Source: Rebecca billardiae RCC1528
Taxonomy: Eukaryota; Protista; Haptophyta
Reading direction: 5' to 3'
NCBI GenBank assembly: GCA_965240325.2
Contig: OZ251233.1
Coordinates: forward strand, 1-64,000
DNA length: 64,000 nucleotides
A model generated the notes under the pieces. The model did not search any database. It worked only from the letters and a program-made list of their open reading frames with translations, and was not told where the DNA came from. Shown in pieces: positions 11,601-22,842 of the stretch. The stretch's first letter is position 1; every line of letters begins with the position of its first letter. The translations under genes were made by a program, and so were the position numbers.

Positions 11601-14600
11601 ACGGCGAGCCGAGCTGGTGCGGTGGCCCTCAGCGAAGGCCCAAGAGCCATTACGTGGGGCATCTGCCGACGTGGCCGGCCGCAGTGACCCCCGGGCGAGC
11701 CGCAACCGCGAGGGCAGGCCCAACTAACGGCATGGTGGGCCGCTACATCGTGCACGTCGCGGCTGGTTGGAGCCGCGGTTGCGTGTGCCGAGCCAGTCAG
11801 TGGCACACGGCGAGCCGAGCTGGTGCGGTGGCCCTCAGCGAAGGCCCAAGAGCCGTTACGTGGGGCATCTGCCGTCGTGGCCGGCCGCAGTGACCCCCGG
11901 GCGAGCCGCAACCGCGAGGGCAGGCCCAACTAACGGCGTGGTGGGCCGCTACATCGTGCGCCTCGCGGCTGGTTGGAGCCGCGGTTGCGTGTGCTGAGCC
12001 AGTCAGTGGCACACGGCGAGCCGAGCTGGTGCGGTCTCCCTTAGCGACGGCCCAAGAGCCATTACGTGGGGCAACGGCCGACGTGGCCGGCCGCAGTGAC
12101 CCCCGGGCGAGCCGCAACCGCGAGGGCAGGCCCAACTAACGGCATGGTGGGCCGCTACATCGTGCGCGTCGCGGCTGGTTGGAGCCGCGGTTGCGTGTGC
12201 CGAGCCAGTCAGTCAGTGGCACACGGCGAGCCGAGCTGGTGCGGTGGCCCTCAGCGAAGGCCCAAGAGCCATTACGTGGGGCATCTGCCGACGTGGCCGG
12301 CCGCAGTGACCCCCGGGCGAGCCGCAACCGCGAGGGCAGGCCCAACTAACGGCATGGTGGGCCGCTACATCGTGCACGTCGCGGCTGGTTGGAGCCGCGG
12401 TTGCGTGTGCCGAGCCAGTCAGTGGCACACGGCGAGCCGAGCTGGTGCGGTGGCCCTCAGCGAAGGCCCAAGAGCCGTTACGTGGGGCATCTGCCGACGT
12501 GGCCGGCCGCAGTGACCCCCGGGCGAGCCGCAACCGCGAGGGCAGGCCCAACTAACGGCGTGGTGGGCCGTTACGGCGTGCGCGTCGCGGCTGGTTGGAG
12601 CCGCGGTTGCGTGTGCCGAGCCAGTCAGTGGCACACGGCGAGCCGAGCTGGTGCGGTGGCCCTCAGCGAAGGCCCAAGAGCCATTACGTGGGGCATCTGC
12701 CGACGTGGCCGGCCGCAGTGACCCCCGGGCGAGCCGCAACCGCGAGGGCAGGCCCAACTAACGGCATGGTGGGCCGCTACATCGTGCACGTCGCGGCTGG
12801 TTGGAGCCGCGGTTGCGTGTGCCGAGCCAGTCAGTGGCACACGGCGAGCCGAGCTGGTGCGGTGGCCCTCAGCGAAGGCCCAAGAGCCGTTACGTGGGGC
12901 ATCTGCCGTCGTGGCCGGCCGCAGTGACCCCCGGGCGAGCCGCAACCGCGAGGGCAGGCCCAACTAACGGCGTGGTGGGCCGCTACATCGTGCGCGTCGC
13001 GGCTGGTTGGAGCCGCGGTTGCGTGTGCCGAGCTGGTGCGGTGGCCCTCAGCGAAGGCCCAAGAGCCGTTACGTGGGGCATCTGCCGTCGTGGCCGGCCG
13101 CAGTGACCCCCGGGCGAGCCGCAACCGCGAGGGCAGGCCCAACTAACGGCGTGGTGGGCCGCTACGGCGTGCGCTTTGCGGCTGGTTGGAGCCGCGCCCG
13201 CGGCCGCCGAGCCGGTAGCGCACACGGCGGGCCGAGCTGGTGCGGTCTCCCTTAGCGACGGCCCAAGAGCCATTACGTGGGGCAACGGTCGACGTGGCCG
13301 GCCGCAGTGACCCTCGGGCGAGCCGCAACCGCGAGGGCAGGCCCAACTAACGGCGTGGTGGGCCGCTACATCGTGCGCCTCGCGGCTGGTTGGAGCCGCG
13401 GTTGCGTGTGCCGAGCCAGTCAGTCAGTGGCACACGGCGAGCCGAGCTGGTGCGGTGGCCCTCAGCGAAGGCCCAAGAGCCGTTACGTGGGGCATCTGCC
13501 GTCGTGGCCGGCCGCAGTGACCCCCGGGCGAGCCGCAACCGCGAGGGCAGGCCCAACTAACGGCGTGGTGGGCCGCTACATCGTGCGCCTCGCGGCTGGT
13601 TGGAGCCGCGGTTGCGTGTGCCGAGCCAGTCAGTCAGTGGCACACGGCGAGCCGAGCTGGTGCGGTGGCCCTCAGCGAAGGCCCAAGAGCCGCTACGTGG
13701 GGCATCTGCCGTCGTGGCCGGCCGCAGTGACCCCCGGGCGAGCCGCAACCGCGAGGGCAGGCCCAACTAACGGCGTGGTGGGCCGCTACGGCGTGCGCGT
13801 CGCTGCTGGTTGGAGCCGCGCCCGCGGCCGCCGAGCCGGTAGCGCACACGGCGGGCCGAGCTGGTGCGGTCTCCCTTAGCGACGGCCCAAGAGCCATTAC
13901 GTGGGGCACCGGCCGACGTGGCCGGCCGCAGTGACCCCCGGGCGAGCCGCAACCGCGAGGGCAGGCCCAACTAACGGCGTGGTGGGCCGCTACATCGTGC
14001 GCCTCGCGGCTGGTTGGAGCCGCGGTTGCGTGTGCCGAGCCAGTCAGTCAGTGGCACACGGCGAGCCGAGCTGGTGCGGTGGCCCTCAGCGAAGGCCCAA
14101 GAGCCGTTACGTGGGGCATCTGCCGTCGTGGCCGGCCGCAGTGACCCCCGGGCGAGCCGCAACCGCGAGGGCAGGCCCAACTAACGGCGTGGTGGGCCGC
14201 TACATCGTGCGCGTCGCGGCTGGTTGGAGCCGCGGTTGCGGGTGCCGAGCCAGTCAGTGGCACACGGCGAGCCGAGCTGGTGCGGTGGCCCTCAGCGAAG
14301 GCCCAAGAGCCGTTACGTGGGGCATCTGCCGTCGTGGCCGGCCGCAGTGACCCCCGGGCGAGCCGCAACCGCGAGGGCACGCCCAACTAACGGCGTGGTG
14401 GGCCGCTACATCGTGCGCGTCGCGGCTGGTTGGAGCCGCGGTTGCGTGTGCCGAGCCAGTCAGTGGCACACGGCGAGCCGAGCTGGTGCGGTGGCCCTCA
14501 GCGAAGGCCCAAGAGCCGTTACGTGGGGCATCTGCCGTCGTGGCCGGCCGCAGTGACCCCCGGGCGAGCCGCAACCGCGAGGGCAGGCCCAACTAACGGC

Positions 14601-17600
14601 ATGGTGGGCCGCTACATCGTGCGCGTCGCGGCTGGTTGGAGCCGCGGTTGCGTGTGCCGAGCCAGTCAGTCAGTGGCACACGGCGAGCCGAGCTGGTGCG
14701 GTGGCCCTCAGCGAAGGCCCAAGAGCCGTTACGTGGGGCATCTGCCGTCGTGGCCGGCCGCAGTGACCCCCGGGCGAGCCGCAACCGCGAGGGCAGGCCC
14801 AACTAACGGCGTGGTGGGCCGCTACGGCGTGCGCGTCGCGGCTGGTTGGAGCCGCGGTTGCGTGTGCCGAGCCAGTCAGTCAGTGGCACACGGCGAGCCG
14901 AGCTGGTGCGGTGGCCCTCAGCGAAGGCCCAAGAGCCGTTACGTGGGGCATCTGCCGACGTGGCCGGCCGCAGTGACCCCCGGGCGAGCCGCAACCGCGA
15001 GGGCAGGCCCAACTAACGGCGTGGTGGGCCGCTACATCGTGCGCGTCGCGGCTGGTTGGAGCCGCGGTTGCGTGTGCCGAGCCAGTCAGTGGCACACGGC
15101 GAGCCGAGCTGGTGCGGTGGCCCTCAGCGAAGGCCCAAGAGCCGTTACGTGGGGCATCTGCCGTCGTGGCCGGCCGCAGTGACCCCCGGGCGAGCCGCAA
15201 CCGCGAGGGCAGGCCCAACTAACGGCGTGGTGGGCCGCTACATCGTGCGCCTCGCGGCTGGTTGGAGCCGCGGTTGCGTGTGCTGAGCCAGTCAGTGGCA
15301 CACGGCGAGCCGAGCTGGTGCGGTCTCCCTTAGCGACGGCCCAAGAGCCATTACGTGGGGCAACGGCCGACGTGGCCGGCCGCAGTGACCCCCGGGCGAG
15401 CCGCAACCGCGAGGGCAGGCCCAACTAACGGCATGGTGGGCCGCTACATCGTGCGCGTCGCGGCTGGTTGGAGCCGCGGTTGCGTGTGCCGAGCCAGTCA
15501 GTCAGTGGCACACGGCGAGCCGAGCTGGTGCGGTGGCCCTCAGCGAAGGCCCAAGAGCCGTTACGTGGGGCATCTGCCGTCGTGGCCGGCCGCAGTGACC
15601 CCCGGGCGAGCCGCAACCGCGAGGGCAGGCCCAACTAACGGCATGGTGGGCCGCTACATCGTGCGCGTCGCGGCTGGTTGGAGCCGCGGTTGCGTGTGCC
15701 GAGCCAGTCAGTCAGTGGCACACGGCGAGCCGAGCTGGTGCGGTGGCCCTCAGCGAAGGCCCAAGAGCCATTACGTGGGGCATCTGCCGTCGTGGCCGGC
15801 CGCAGTGACCCCCGGGCGAGCCGCAACCGCGAGGGCAGGCCCAACTAACGGCATGGTGGGCCGCTACATCGTGCGCGTCGCGGCTGGTTGGAGCCGCGGT
15901 TGCGTGTGCCGAGCCAGTCAGTGGCACACGGCGAGCCGAGCTGGTGCGGTGGCCCTCAGCGAAGGCCCAAGAGCCGTTACGTGGGGCATCTGCCGACGTG
16001 GCCGGCCGCAGTGACCCCCGGGCGAGCCGCAACCGCGAGGGCAGGCCCAACTAACGGCGTGGTGGGCCGTTACGGCGTGCGCGTCGCGGCTGGTTGGAGC
16101 CGCGGTTGCGTGTGCCGAGCCAGTCAGTGGCACACGGCGAGCCGAGCTGGTGCGGTGGCCCTCAGCGAAGGCCCAAGAGCCATTACGTGGGGCATCTGCC
16201 GACGTGGCCGGCCGCAGTGACCCCCGGGCGAGCCGCAACCGCGAGGGCAGGCCCAACTAACGGCATGGTGGGCCGCTACATCGTGCACGTCGCGGCTGGT
16301 TGGAGCCGCGGTTGCGTGTGCCGAGCCAGTCAGTGGCACACGGCGAGCCGAGCTGGTGCGGTGGCCCTCAGCGAAGGCCCAAGAGCCATTACGTGGGGCA
16401 TCTGCCGACGTGGCCGGCCGCAGTGACCCCCGGGCGAGCCGCAACCGCGAGGGCAGGCCCAACTAACGGCATGGTGGGCCGCTACATCGTGCACGTCGCG
16501 GCTGGTTGGAGCCGCGGTTGCGTGTGCCGAGCCAGTCAGTGGCACACGGCGAGCCGAGCTGGTGCGGTGGCCCTCAGCGAAGGCCCAAGAGCCGTTACGT
16601 GGGGCATCTGCCGTCGTGGCCGGCCGCAGTGACCCCCGGGCCAGCCGCAACCGCGAGGGCAGGCCCAACTAACGGCGTGGTGGGCCGCTACATCGTGCGC
16701 GTCGCGGCTGGTTGGAGCCGCGGTTGCGTGTGCCGAGCTGGTGCGGTGGCCCTCAGCGAAGGCCCAAGAGCCGTTACGTGGGGCATCTGCCGTCGTGGCC
16801 GGCCGCAGTGACCCCCGGGCGAGCCGCAACCGCGAGGGCAGGCCCAACTAACGGCGTGGTGGGCCGCTACGGCGTGCGCTTTGCGGCTGGTTGGAGCCGC
16901 GCCCGCGGCCGCCGAGCCGGTAGCGCACACGGCGGGCCGAGCTGGTGCGGTCTCCCTTAGCGACGGCCCAAGAGCCATTACGTGGGGCAACGGCCGACGT
17001 GGCCGGCCGCAGTGACCCTCGGGCGAGCCGCAACCGCGAGGGCAGGCCCAACTAACGGCGTGGTGGGCCGCTACATCGTGCGCCTCGCGGCTGGTTGGAG
17101 CCGCGGTTGCGTGTGCCGAGCCAGTCAGTCAGTGGCACACGGCGAGCCGAGCTGGTGCGGTGGCCCTCAGCGAAGGCCCAAGAGCCGTTACGTGGGGCAT
17201 CTGCCGTCGTGGCCGGCCGCAGTGACCCCCGGGCGAGCCGCAACCGCGAGGGCAGGCCCAACTAACGGCGTGGTGGGCCGCTACATCGTGCGCCTCGCGG
17301 CTGGTTGGAGCCGCGGTTGCGTGTGCCGAGCCAGTCAGTCAGTGGCACACGGCGAGCCGAGCTGGTGCGGTGGCCCTCAGCGAAGGCCCAAGAGCCGTTA
17401 CGTGGGGCATCTGCCGTCGTGGCCGGCCGCAGTGACCCCCGGGCGAGCCGCAACCGCGAGGGCAGGCCCAACTAACGGCGTGGTGGGCCGCTACGGCGTG
17501 CGCGTCGCGGCTGGTTGGAGCCGCGCCCGCGGCCGCCGAGCCGGTAGCGCACACGGCGGGCCGAGCTGGTGCGGTGGCCCTCAGCGACGGCCCAAGAGCC

Positions 17601-17700
17601 ATTACGTGGGGCAACGGCCGACGTGGCCGGCCGCAGTGACCCCCGGGCGAGCCGCAACCGCGAGGGCACTCCCAATTACCGGCGTGGTGGGCCGTCACAA
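2650..17700. repeat. Subtelomeric GC-rich satellite, ~74 monomers (206-bp consensus; 179, 193, 204 and 210 bp variants), with ~2 degenerate monomers trailing to ~18060
   Basis: The landmark gcccaactaac recurs at 2848, 3027, 3206 ... 17675, and its spacings give the monomer lengths. Confidence 0.99.
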
Positions 17701-20700
17701 CGTGCGCTTCGCAGCTGGTTGGAGCCGCGGGCGGGCGGCGCCGAGCCAGTCGCGCAGGCCGAGCGGGTGCGGTAGCCCTCAGCGACGGACCCAGAGCCAG
17801 TACGCGGGACGTCGGCCGACGTGGACGGCCGCAGTACACCCCGGGCGAGCCGCAACCGCGAGGACGCTCCCAGTTACTGGCGTGGTGGGTTTTCACAGCG
17901 CGTCAGATCCGCTGCTGATGACTGGAGCCGCGGCGGGCTGCGCCGAGCCGGTAGCACACGGCGGGCCGAGCCAGTTAAGTGGCACTCAGCGACGGACCCA
18001 GAGGCCGCACTCGGAGCGTTGGCCGGCGTGAACGTCCGCAGTGCTTCGGGGCGCGCCCTCAGCCGACGCCCCTAGCATCCGCGCGTCCGCCGCGTCGGCG
18101 GAGACCTCGGCGTCGACGCGCCCTCCACAGCATCCGCCGCGTGCCCTGCGCGTGCTTGGCATGCGCGGCGGGGGCAACCACCAGTCGTTCTGCGTTGGCC
18201 ATCCAGCTCGCGCGCTCGGCGCGCCGCACGCGGTTGCCGCTCACTCCTACTCTCGCACCAGGTGCAGTTTGGACGAAGAGCAAGATGGGGGGGGCGGGGC
18301 GGGGGCAGCTTTGACCAGGGCGAGGCGCTGGGCCGGCTGTGGAGCTCCACGCCCGCAGCTCCCTGGCGTGCGCTTTGCATCGCCGCCGCGCGCGCGGAGC
18401 GCTCGTCCGCTCGAGCACGGCGCGGTCGCGGCAGCCTCGGTGCAGTGGGAGCGCACACGACTGAGCGCGGGCTCACACCTCCCAAAGCGCGAGGGCAGTG
18501 CCATCGGCAGCCGTGATGTGCTGCTCGGCGCTGCTGCTGCGCAGTGCGCTCACACTCGGGCTGGGCCGCTCTTGCCGCATGTGGGGATGCCCTCATCGCG
18601 GCCGCTGGATGGATCGGCGGCCTCTAGACGCGTTCCGACCGACCGAGCCACCCACCGCGACGGTCAGCCACGCCGCCAGTCAGAGCGGCCTCTGCATCGC
18701 CGCCGACTGAAGCCACACGCGCACCTCCGCGCGGTCGCAGCGCCCAACCACCGCTGTCGAGCCGAGCGCGCGAGCGCCGCGCTGCGAATCATCAGAGCGC
18801 CAAAGCGAGTCGAGGCGCCGGGTCGATCGGCCTCGAAAGACGCGTTCCTACCGACCGAGCCGACCCCCTCGACGATCAGCCATGCAGCGAGTTAGAGCAG
18901 CTTCCGCATCGTTGTCAGCTGAAGTCTCACGCGAACCGCCGCGTACTCACTCGGCGTAGGCTCGCCCCGGCCACCACAGCCGGCGAGCCGACCGTGGACG
19001 CGCGCCGCGCTGCGAACTGGCGCGCGTAGGCGGGATGACGCACGTGGGCACGCCCGACTGACGTCTCGACCGCCACGCGCCGCGGCAACGGACGGCCGCG
19101 CTCCCTCGAAGCGAGGCGCGTGCGCGAGCAGCGGCACCCAGCAGCGTGCGCAGCACTGCCATGATGGCGCGCACTGGAGGCAGTTCGGACGAGTAGGTGG
19201 AGGATGGGGGCGCGGGGGCGGGGGCGGGCTGGGCCGGTGCGTTGCGCCAGCCACGGCCGCGACGCCCTCGCGCCACGCGCCGCCGACCTAGCATGCGCTG
19301 CGCTCGCTCGGCCGGCCCACCCCACACGCTGCCATCGCCTGCCATCGCGCCTGGCCGGTGCCGGCCACGCGCGCGCTGCCGCCGACGCGGCGTCGGTGCG
19401 GCCGCGATAGGTCGAGCCTGGGGCGCGGGCAGCCAGTGCGGGCGCGCGCGAGCACGCCGCGGGGCGCCACGCCTCGATCTCGGCTGCGCCACCGCGTGCT
19501 GCGCCCAGGTCCGACGAGCCCAGCCCAGCCGCACGGCGCGGCGAGCTCGCCGGCGGCGCCAGTCGGCACGGCTCCGGACGCAGCCTCTGACTTGCAGCCT
19601 TCGCCAGAGCCTGGCTCGTAGTCGTCGCGTGCGCACTCGCGCGAGCAGCCCGTTGGGCCCCACGCCTCGCTTTGGGCTGGACCGCCGCGTGCTGCGCCGC
19701 GGTTCGTCATCACACCTCTCCAGCCGGAAGGCAGAGGCCATCAGCTGCCGAGTCACAGCCGAGTGGACGTCGGGTTGGAACACTCTGCGCAGGCCGCGCG
19801 CGGCAACTGTGCAAATGGCGGCGGCGGGCGCGGGCGCGGCTGCTTGGCTAGATGATGCTCATGATGCGGCCAAAGGCTCGTCAGACGCCCGTCGTCGCTG
19901 ATCCGCCGCCCAATCGGCCCTACCAGAGGCGGCCCGGCCGCACCCGGACGCAGCGACCGGGCTGCCGGCCCTCTCAGACTCGAATGCCGATGGCGTGACT
20001 CCCAGCGCGGTGGGATAGGGCGGGGCCTGCGCGGCTGCCGCCCATCACCGCGATGCTGACCAGGCGTGAGCGCGCTCGAGTGTGCTCTTCTCGACCGCCA
20101 CGTGCCCGCGCCGCGGCAAGGCGCGCCCGCTCCATCGTCGCGAGGCGCGCGCGCACCCAGCCGCACCGCAGTGGGACGGCCGTGCGCAGATGAGCTGGCG
20201 CTCGCGCGCGATGAGGAGCGCCCTGATGCTTGCCGCGCTCACAACGCGGCCCACCAGGCGCAGGCTGGACGAAGAGTAGGATGGGGGGGCGGGGCGGGGG
20301 CAGCTTCGACCGGAGCGAGGCGCCGGGTCCCCAGCAGTGAGCGCGTCGCCCCCGGCGCGCGGCCGCGCCGCCGTCCGACGCCCAACGCAGCCTCGGAGAG
20401 CCGCCACGCCGCGCAGCGGCATGCGCGTCGCAGAGCGTGCGTGCAGTCGCGGGCAAGAGGACAGTCCAAGCGCGCAGCACGCACCCCGCGCGAACCCGCA
20501 GTGCGCAGGCTGCTGCTCGTCGGCGCGAGCCTCGCCTGCCAGGCCGCTGCGGCCCGAGCCGCGACGCCCGGCGGTCGCGAGCCGCCACGCGGCGCGCAGC
20601 TACGCCTGCGCCGAGGCAGTGAGCGCGCACGCGCGCGTAGCGGACGAGGAGCACGCATACGCGCGTGCGCGCGTTGCTGACCCGCCGGCACCTCCCGCCG

Positions 20701-20737
20701 TTGTCTGCAAAGCGAGACCCACCCCGCGGCGAGCTCG

Positions 20738-22842
20738 GGCTGCCATGCTGATTTGGCGGGCCGTAGGTCCGCCCCTTGTAGTGCCCGGGAAAAAGATAAG
20801 AAAAAGAAAAAGAAAAAAGAAAATCGCCTCGCAGAGAAAAGAAAATCGCCTCGCTCACTGCCAGGTCGCTTCGCTCACTACCGGGCGCCCTCGCAGCTCC
20901 CACTGGGGACGCTCGGCCGAAAACCATCTGCGGCCTGGCGCGGAGCGCGTGGGCGGCGCGCGCCAAATCCAACGCCAGCGCGGACATCGTGAGGGGATTG
21001 CCGAACGGTGTTTTCGCCCGATTCGCGATTGCTGCCCTCGTCGTCTCGCGTGCAGGTCGAACGGGGGCTAAATCGACGCGTTGGAGCGGTACGCTCGGCG
21101 CGTCGACACGATCGTGCGACCTGGGGCGATCCTCGCCCGACGTGCACGTCGAGCGCTCGCACGGGCCATAGCATCATGCGCTGCGCAAGACAACCACCTC
21201 GCACGATCCACCGTCGCGCGTCGGGCTCGGTGCGGAAACGCATTCATCACGAGGCGTCTCGCGGGCGGGAAGCGCCATCGCACGCGACGCAAGCTTTGGC
21301 GCGGCCTTCTGAACACCATTATAACCGGAATGCACACACCGGACTGTCGTCGCGTGCCCCGGTTGGCAAGGTCGGGCGCATGCAAATCCGTTTGCTACGG
21401 TCGGTGGTGTTCCAGAGCGCCTTGGCGGCGGAGGAGGCCAGGAGTCCGGACGCCTAGGCGGCTGGGTGCGTACCAGCCAGTCCAGAGCGAGCGATCATCT
21501 TTCATTTGTCACGCTCGCGAGCTCGCGGCCAAGGATCGCTTGGCGCTCGAGGACCCACGTCCGGCCTGCATGGCGTCGACGGTGGCCAATGCGACGGAGG
21601 GGCAGCGCGAAGCGGCGTACGACGCGCACCGCACGCACCTGCCGGGTCTGCCGCCGTGGCAGGAACCGCGTCTTCGCGAGTCGGCGACTGAGGCGACAGC
21701 GCGCTATCACCGATCCCAGGGGCGCATTCGCGACGAGCTGAAACGTCGCGCGTGCAAGATCGCCGCACCATCCTTGCCCATGGCACGGGCGCTGCGGGAC
21801 GAGGCCGACGTCGTGAAGCCAGTGGCACATGCGCTGCGCTTCGTGTGCCTGCTCGAGCAGCGCGTGCCCACCGTCGATCGCGAGTGGCACACGCTCTCGC
21901 ACTGCGCGCGCGTACACCGCCAACAGCTCCTGATACCGCCGCACGTGCGAGTGCCGGACCTGTCGCGCGGAGCGGCGAGCGCCGACGAGCGCTTGGACCT
22001 GGACGCGCTGTTGCGCAGCGTGGCGGCCGTGCACGACGCCGACGCGACCTTCGCCGAGCCCATCGTGCCCGGAGCGGACATTGGCATCCTGGCGACACAC
22101 GATCTCAGCTGGCGACACGAGGAGATGCTCACGATCTCCTCTGGCGGATTCGTCGGCGGCGAGGCGCTCGACTACGTCATCGCGGTCGAGATGCGGCACA
22201 TGCAGCGCGTACGCGAGCTCGCGCGAAGCCACGGGCTGCCCGTCCCGCCCCGCGTGCTGCACGTTCCCTCGTGGGTGTGGACCTTGCTCATGGGCGCGGG
22301 CGTGTACGCGTGGGAGAAGGTGGCCGACATCTTTGCGCTCTGGACGCGCGCCGGCGACGACGCCGAGGTGGACGCCGACGAGGTCGCGGGCTTCGTGCAG
22401 ATCCCAGCGGACGTGGACGTGCACGAGGCCCTGATGCAGTCGCTCGCCGACTCCGTGGGCGAGGCCGCGCGCGACGCGTACGTGCGCTCCGGCCGCGGCG
22501 TCGCCGCCGCCGCGCTCGAGGCTGAGTGGCAGGCGGCGGTGCTGCGAGATCATCAGAGTCATCTGTCGCGTTATTATTCGTCAGTGAGTCAGGTAGCTCA
22601 CCATCATCATCTGTGTGTCGCCGATTGTTATTCGTCATCCTGCCCGTCATGAAACCGCTATAAATAAAAGGCGCGTACCCGCTGGGGAAATATTGCGACA
22701 GCACTGGCACGGCCCGCCGACCCCCCCGCCCGCCAGGGCAGAGTTTCTGAACAAGCGACGGAATTCGGGAGGCGCGAGGGAAAAAAGGACCGCCCGGCGA
22801 CCCACGCAAAAAAAAAAACAGCCCTCGGCAAGCATGGCGGCC
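20738..22842 (+). mobile_element. Putative TIR element (12-bp TIR, CTCG target duplication) carrying an ORF remnant
   Basis: ggctgccatgct (20738-20749) / agcatggcggcc (22831-22842), 11/12 inverted match. CTCG lies directly outside both ends, there are A-rich subterminal tracts, and the element interrupts the mosaic repeats. Confidence 0.6.
21570..22652 (+). pseudogene. Truncated ORF with Ulp1/C48 SUMO-protease-like N-terminal motifs
   Basis: Protein-like composition from MASTVAN. EEMLTISSGGFVGGEALDYVIAV...RVLHVPSWVWTLLMGAGVYAWEKV resembles the Ulp1 pattern 'L.tL....WLndevInfy...vhff.sff...L....y..v'. No catalytic His/Asp/Cys region is visible before the frame degenerates. Confidence 0.4.

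Noticed and set aside
2650-17700. CRISPR array, rDNA/5S/tRNA array or hammerhead-ribozyme satellite
   Set aside because: There are no unique spacers, no rRNA/tRNA similarity or B-box, and no CTGANGA...GAAA core on either strand of the monomer.
2524-18031. More than 150 repeated ORFs (MGLPSRL..., MEPRLRV...) in the satellite
   Set aside because: They start at TTG/GTG, most monomer lengths (179, 193, 206) break frame, and they are by-products of a GC-rich tandem repeat.
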